This document shows, piece after piece, positions 48,774 to 55,098 of a DNA stretch of 55,098 bases. The notes under the pieces were generated by a model, which was not told the DNA's origin, searched no databases, and was given only the letters and a program-made list of their open reading frames with translations. Position 1 is the stretch's first letter, and each line of letters begins with the position of its first letter. The translations under genes were made by a program, and so were the position numbers. Source of the DNA: Atractiella rhizophila (Eukaryota); assembly GCA_021432655.1 (NCBI GenBank), contig MU271404.1, positions 17,900 to 72,997 of the forward strand, read 5' to 3'.

Positions 48774-51755
48774 ATGCTGGGCGCTCTGCTGCCCCTGCTT
48801 TCGCCGCCTCTGCCCGCGCATCTCCCGTCCCTGCTTCGAAACTCTCAAGCCGTCTCCCTCGCTCTGTCCAACTCCGACCACGCGAAAGACAGCAAAGAGA
48901 AGGAGAGGGCAGAATGGAAGAGGTGGAACAACAAACTCCTAGCACTATGGGCTGACGAGCGTTCGATGTCTTCTTCCACAAGTGGTGGTGGTAGTGGAAG
49001 TGCGAACAGCAGAAAGATAGCGCTGGAGCTGATGGACGAGACGGCAGCACAGGGAGGAGAGGAGGCGGTCACGGAGCACGGAAGAGCTTGGATTGGGGTG
49101 GTGCAGGCCGTGTTTTCTGTGAGTGGATTTGATGTGGATGAAGGGGAATTTAGGCTGAAGAGCGCCGTTTTCCTTCTCGGCTAATTCTTTGCTGCTTGCT
49201 CCGCTGTTGGACTTTGTGCACGAGCTTAAAGGAGCGACAGATCGTCTTTGTGTTCCTTGAAATTCTTCAGACGTGGGAAGCAGGTCTTCTCGCCGTTGAT
49301 GCTTGTGCTTTTTCATGTCATATCAACCCGCATTCTTGCATTATTCATTTATGGCAGGAAATCAACTCCAATCAAATCTTTCTTCTTCCATCTTTGCATA
49401 ATGCATGTGAGCTCAATTGTCGGACTCCTTCGGTCATTCCATACCAGAAGCTGTCATAACCAAGTTGCTTGTTCATTGCAAAGCTAACATTCTGGTGTTT
49501 GCCCATCTATGTCCATGTTCACATAGGCATCATTTACACCAAAATGAGACGCTGCACCAACATAGTCAAAATCAAATTCGAATAGCCCGTAGTCGTTGCA
49601 AAACAGGACACCGCTGATGATAATTTACTTCTCCGGATAGAATACCGGATCTTCACCTGAAATGCTTACCTTGGCCATATCATTGTTCAAACGGATTTGC
49701 GTCCTTTCACGAACCATGGCAGCTTGGACAAGAGAGAACTTGAGTGCTCAAACCGTGCAGAAGCTTGTCGCACTGCTCCTTAAGAACTGCGAAACCGACA
49801 CGCCGAACCAATCAATCGTCTTTCGTGCCCTTCCTTCCCTCATCAAACTCTTTCCGAACGGTTTGCGACCCCTCTCGTCCCAGTTTCAGAACGCCGCCAT
49901 TCAATCTTTTCCTTCCACCCCTGAATCGATTCAGGTTCTGGGTTCTCTTTATGTTTTGGCGTCGAAGGGGAAGGATAGTGGAGCTGGAAAGGCTTGGAGA
50001 AAGACGGTGGAAGGAGCGTTGGCATCCATTGAAGCATACAGCCGGGATATCCTTGTTGTTGTCACAGGAACACGGACAAGTGATCCTCGTTCGTCACCAT
50101 CTTGCCTGCGACTCGGTCTAACTTACAACAAGTAAACAGAAACAGATACCTTATTCGCTTTGGCGCCGTTACCTCTCAGTCCTCTCCCTCCGACTTCCAT
50201 CGACATGTCGTCCCGTGTGGAGAGAATCGACGGACTGGTTAAGCTCATCTGCTTCATGCTGAGAAGCGGGACGGCGAGTGCCGACACGATCGAAGTCCCC
50301 ATTGGACATATTGTTACAAGCGCAACCGCGTTGATAGAGAGAACGAAGCTTATGGAGGTTTGTTCTATCCCCTTCACCATATCCTGATTCTAAAACTGTG
50401 TACAGGGTGAATACATTTACATTGGGCATTCTTTCGCTACAGCGGCTGCGAGGCTTCTTGCGCAAACCGCTGCATCGTATGTACCTTTCGATTCTGGAAT
50501 CTATATATGTTGACGAGTGAAGTTCAGACTCGGAAAGTACCTTGGTACGGACTTGGAACGAATACTCAATACCGTCGAGGCTGCCATAAATGATTGCTCA
50601 CCACACTCGTATGTTTCTCTCTTCTAAAGAACATCATTATCGACGCTGCATAGGCCCATACGCTCCACACTCTTGGCTTCCTATTCCATCATCATGAAGC
50701 ATTCTGTCATATACGATCCAGACTTCGCCGCCAAAGGTTACGCTCGAATAGTTCGATCGTTAGTGGACGAGATTGGTTCGGTGATGAGCGAAGACATGGA
50801 GAGCAAGGGTGTCACAAAGAGTTTGACACTAGAAGTTCAAAGCAGCGCGTTGAGCGAGAGTCGAGTTCATTCGGCTAATGCAGCTCTATCCAGTATGCCC
50901 CCCCCCACAATCACCGCTGTTCACTCACCTCGTTTTGACCTAGCATTGAACCGATTATTGGGACACCCAATCAGCCATTTCCTTCCCGGACCAGTTCTCT
51001 CGCTTGTCTTCAGAACTCTTCTGGTCTGCTCCACGCGACCTCAGCTGTCGGAGATTTCGGATGCTACACCTTCCCTTGTTTACGCTTGCTTACTGACGAT
51101 TGTCAAGGTTGGAGGGGAGGAATGGGTTGGGACAAAGCCTGGTTTACTAGAGCAAGTGATGCATGCGTTCCACCTAGCCCAGAGTAGCGCTAGCCTTGAG
51201 GTTTGTTGCAAAAAATCACTCGAAACACCACTAATGAACGGAACTCTGGTACAGCTTGCAAATCTCGGACGCGAGGGCATGAACCTGTGCATGACTATCA
51301 TACATCCTAGATTACCACCTTTCGTCCCCAGTCATGCTGTTCTGCTCGCCGAGGAAAGCAGGGTTGGTGGACCTTTGCACACTGAACCTATACACTACAC
51401 GAACGGCTCCGTGGTAGCAGCATCACCTGCAGAAGAGGCGCCATCACAGGATCAACAGATGGAGATAGACGAAGACTCCGTCCCAAAACCCACATCCGCT
51501 ATCGTCCATCCAGTTTCTCCAATTCTGCAACACGCTGTAGAGCCAGTTCGGCATACTCCTGTCTTATCCGTCCAGCAACTCCCTTCGCATGCTCCTTCAA
51601 CCATTCCACAAGATTCTGCGGTCGCAGAGGTCGTTCCCTCCTTCGTTCAGCAAGATGAGAATGTGGCGATCAATGCTGGCGATCCGACTGCAATGGAGCA
51701 GGACGAGGAAAGCAGCGACGACGACAGCCCCATCCCATCTATCATCGTCGATTAG
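48774..51755 (+). CDS. RIX1: Rix1/PELP1-like pre-60S (rixosome) subunit
   Basis: ARM-like N-terminus 'WKRWNNKLLAL...HGRAWIGVVQAVF...WTRENLSAQTVQKLV...LIKLFPNGLRPLSSQF', 'IIHPRLPP' and Pro/acidic tail 'ESSDDDSPIPSIIVD*'. Confidence 0.75.
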
Positions 51756-52790
51756 TGTTTTGGTTATGGAGCTGTGCAAGGAGTACATTTATCCCTCAAC
51801 TGGAACAAAGTTTCAAACAGTGGACAAGGTCTTCAACGGTATTCCTTTACAACGACGCGACCATAAAGTACAAAGAACGTGTCCACGCATTTTTGAGGAA
51901 CGGTGCTGCTGGGTATAAAACGATGCACGAGCGTTCTCATCTAGCCTTCAGAGACCGAGCTCAGTCGGCTCAGCATCGGTATGGTATTCGAGTGGGCGAG
52001 ACGCGTCATAGCCCGTATTCGAGACGCTCTCTTCTGTCGACAAGCTCAAACAGGAACTCCTCAGCAAACTGCCACCCTAACTTATAGTCACCGGCAACCT
52101 TCCCTTTCAAGTCTGCATATCCCAGAAAATAGAGCCGTTAGTGGCTTCTCGAGCTCGTTCCCTTACGGTGGCAGTGGCTCCCCACTTAGAACAATCTTTC
52201 CGAGGCAGCATGAGGGTTCAATTTCACTCCCAGCAGACATGAAGCACCTCGATCGGAATTGGGGACCAAAGGAAGGATTGGATGAGTTCCAGCGGGGCTG
52301 AAGGGCTATCCGAATCGAGGTGCGCTGTCGTGGTTCGCCACTCTCGATCTTACCTAGGCAAGCTAGTCTTGCTGAGTTTCTGTCTTAACTATCGACGATT
52401 TCCCATGCTTCTGATGGCGCACAACACCATTATCCTATCGTTCCTTTCGGGCCAGAGCTTCAGATGTTCAACTTGTACACATGGTTCCTTCTGGGTTTGG
52501 CTCAACCCAAGTACACTTGATACACCTATAGCTCTGCAATCCACTTTCTGTCATTTCGTCGCTACCACACAGCTGGAAACATGCATGAAAGAGAACGATG
52601 ATTGCGTTGTCAGAGCCAGGACGAGGAAGAATCCAGTGGTTAACCTGTCAGCATAAAATGTACAATATTAAGCCTGAAGGATTGTAGTCTACGTGTTGTC
52701 ACATGCAAAATGAACCAATGTACTGAATGCGACTAAACTTCAAACAGAATGCAGATTACAAGAAGGGAGAACGAGAAGGAACGACCCGAT

Positions 52791-55048
52791 TCAAGGGCCA
52801 ATGATCCTGACTTTATCGAATGCGACTGTTCCTGCCGCGTTTACCTTGGAAGCATTCATGAACATGTTACCCATAGGTACCTCGAGCGTTGCAGAAATAG
52901 CGTTGACCGTTTGAGGAGAGAATTGGGCTTGAACAAAAACAAGATCCACTGTTATAGCAGGGAATGCTTCGTCAAGAATTTTGTGGTTCGCCTCCAGCTC
53001 CGATGGGACGCTTTCAATTTTGTCGTAGCAGTGAATGAGCCAGACAAGAGATGTGTCTTCATTCCGCGAAACGTAGAGTAGGCAGGAGAGGAGAGTATGT
53101 ATCTGGATATGTAGATCAGCGTTAATTTTTCTGAAGGGCGGAGCACAGACATTGTCAGTCTTTATTAGAATGCAAACAGGTTCTTTCCTTTGTGCCACGA
53201 TCATCGTTCCTAGGCGAGTGCTCCAGTTCGATCTTCTTGTACGGATCCACCTCCCGTTAGAAGCGACGTAGTGAAGTATTTTGAGCAGTCCGGCCTTTCG
53301 ACGAGAACCTTCAAGGAATCCCCAGACAACTGCCGAATAAGCGCTGAAGAAGAGAAGAGTCTTGATATTCAGCACCAGATTGTTGACAGTGACAACGACG
53401 ATGAGAATGACGGTGAAAAGAGCAAGCCAAATATAATTTTCTCCGGATGGGATAATTGAAGGTCGTTTGAGCACCAGAAATATGTACGCGACGGGGAAGA
53501 GAAACATAACTGCAAGCCAGACGACTGTAAAACTTGTAACTATTCAGATGGGTCCTTTTGTAAGAGAAAGGATTACGCACATTTGGGATATAATCACGAT
53601 GTCAGCAGCTGTGGTTGCGTATAGAACGCCGGAGAGGAACACGAATGCGAGTATGCTCCACGGGGGTGTTTTTGCCCATGTCACCTCTTGAGTGAAGAAG
53701 GAAGGGATAACTCGATCAACCGATAAACGCTGGATAAGACTTATCGTACTAAGGATACCTGTGGGTTGATATTACTCAGGGGGCAAAGAACTCGGAGTGA
53801 ATGGTTCCCAACCTGTGAGCACTCCGAAAGACAGAACGACAGCGGCATCTGTCACGATCCAAATCTCCAACCACCGCCCTCCTGCTCTACTTCCAAGGGT
53901 GGCGAGAATGTTTCCAGACTCTTGAAGATCAACATCAGTGAGAACCGCATAAGTGATCAGCAGGAGTGGGCCATTGAAGAGCATCGCTGGAATATGAAGG
54001 TTCCGAAGGACTCGAGAATAGTCTTTCGGTTGGACAGACGTAATACATTCAGGTGCACCTGCGAGAACGGGTCCATCAGTCTCCGGTCAAATTGAAAGCG
54101 ATAAAAAGGGGAAGCACATTCGAAACCTGTGAGTCCAAGAAAAGCAATGCAGATCCCATCAAAGATTGTTTTCGCTATTCCGCTAGCACTCCTAACTTTC
54201 CTATCCTCCCAATTGCTCTTCAGGATATCCCCTCCATTTTTTGCCCATGTTACGACGCCAGCAACAGCCAGCACACCGACGGAGAGTGCGTGAAGTGAAG
54301 AAACAAAGAGCGCTGTGCGATATCCATCCCTGACGCCAGCCAGTGTTCCGACGCTGAAGAAGAGGATGATCAAGATGGGAAGCACGAAAATTGGGAATGG
54401 AAGAGAGGTGGAAGAGGCAATATAGACGGCGGCTGTTGACGAGGTCGTTAAAGCCGTGAGGAGGTAGTCGAGCAGTGTGAGCCCGGCCGCGAGTACCGCA
54501 AATGACTTTGAAGTCGTGTTAAGGAGATAGAGATAGTTGGAACCGGCATGGGGAAATGCTGTAGCTAGGCGAGACATGATAGGACGATAAAGGAATAGAA
54601 GTAGAGTCGCAATGGTCAGGGAGATTGGCGAACTATCCGTAAATGTGTCAGTCGGTCTGATATCTACAACGAGAGAGACGGACTAAACCCCAATAGCAGC
54701 AGTAAGAGGAGGGAATGCGTAGAAAATGCTCCCAGTAACCGCATTGCTAGCTACGGCGCTTGCAGTCCACGCTCCCAAAGTCCTCTTCTTCTCATCTTCT
54801 TTCATCCGATCCTCTGCTTGGTTCAAGTCATCGTTTGTAAGCTCCAAATACCTTGTGGTTCCCCAACCACTGAACTTCCACGGTTCAGATGCATTTGTAA
54901 ATGGAGGGGCTTTTGAGCCTCCACCTAAACGAGGCCGTAACAATTGACGACGAAGAATGACTTCGAATTGCGACTCTGCAAAGGACGGCAGATGATTCCT
55001 CCGACGCGTCGACATAGCAGGTACTTTTTCTGACAAATGGAGCTTCAT
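52791..55048 (-). CDS. APC-superfamily amino acid permease with C-terminal cytoplasmic domain
   Basis: 'RTLGAWTASAVASNAVTGSIFYAFP', 'AFPHAGSNYLYLLNT', 'TLLDYL', 'GLTGFEC', 'DAAVVLSFGVLTG', multiple hydrophobic segments and 'ILDEAFPAITVDLVFV'; start may be Met at 55012. Confidence 0.88.
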
Positions 55049-55098
55049 TTATATCTTGTCAGGTGTGAAGTTCGGAACACACCTTCAGCATCAACACC

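Noticed and set aside
51755..52700. Several ~110-aa ORFs between RIX1 and the permease
   Set aside because: Overlapping frames with no family motifs; likely UTR or intergenic sequence between convergent genes.
1..55098. CRISPR arrays, tRNA/rRNA genes, autonomous transposase or RT genes, biosynthetic cluster
   Set aside because: None recognisable; the window is intron-rich fungal housekeeping DNA.

Overview
Eukaryotic, gene-dense fungal DNA, most likely a basidiomycete (inferred from ~45-60 nt GT-AG introns, micro-exons and gene families). Genes in order: condensin SMC4 (3' end off-window), a Zn(II)2Cys6 TF, a bZIP/DUF3425-type TF, an Stm1-like RGG protein, a second paralogous Zn(II)2Cys6 TF, 3-methylcrotonyl-CoA carboxylase alpha, TRAPPC8/Trs85, an F-box-like protein, an Inp54-like inositol 5-phosphatase, RNF10/Mag2 RING ligase, a small orphan ORF, importin-9/Kap114, TMEM256/DUF423, a second F-box-like paralog, a PAS-kinase-family kinase, Rix1/PELP1 and an APC amino acid permease. 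Three local duplications (313 bp in SMC4, ~1.95 kb in MCCA, ~490 bp at the importin/TMEM256 promoter) look like two haplotypes or overlapping contig ends written in tandem. The third exposes the empty and filled alleles of a 2.0-kb unclassified insertion with hairpins and degenerate subterminal inverted repeats, which is the most interesting element here. Other points: a dispersed pair of putative C2-like/F-box/LRR genes sharing a 3'-flank motif, and three unusually long introns, one strongly structured. Exon boundaries were read by eye, and family calls rest on recalled motifs, not database searches.
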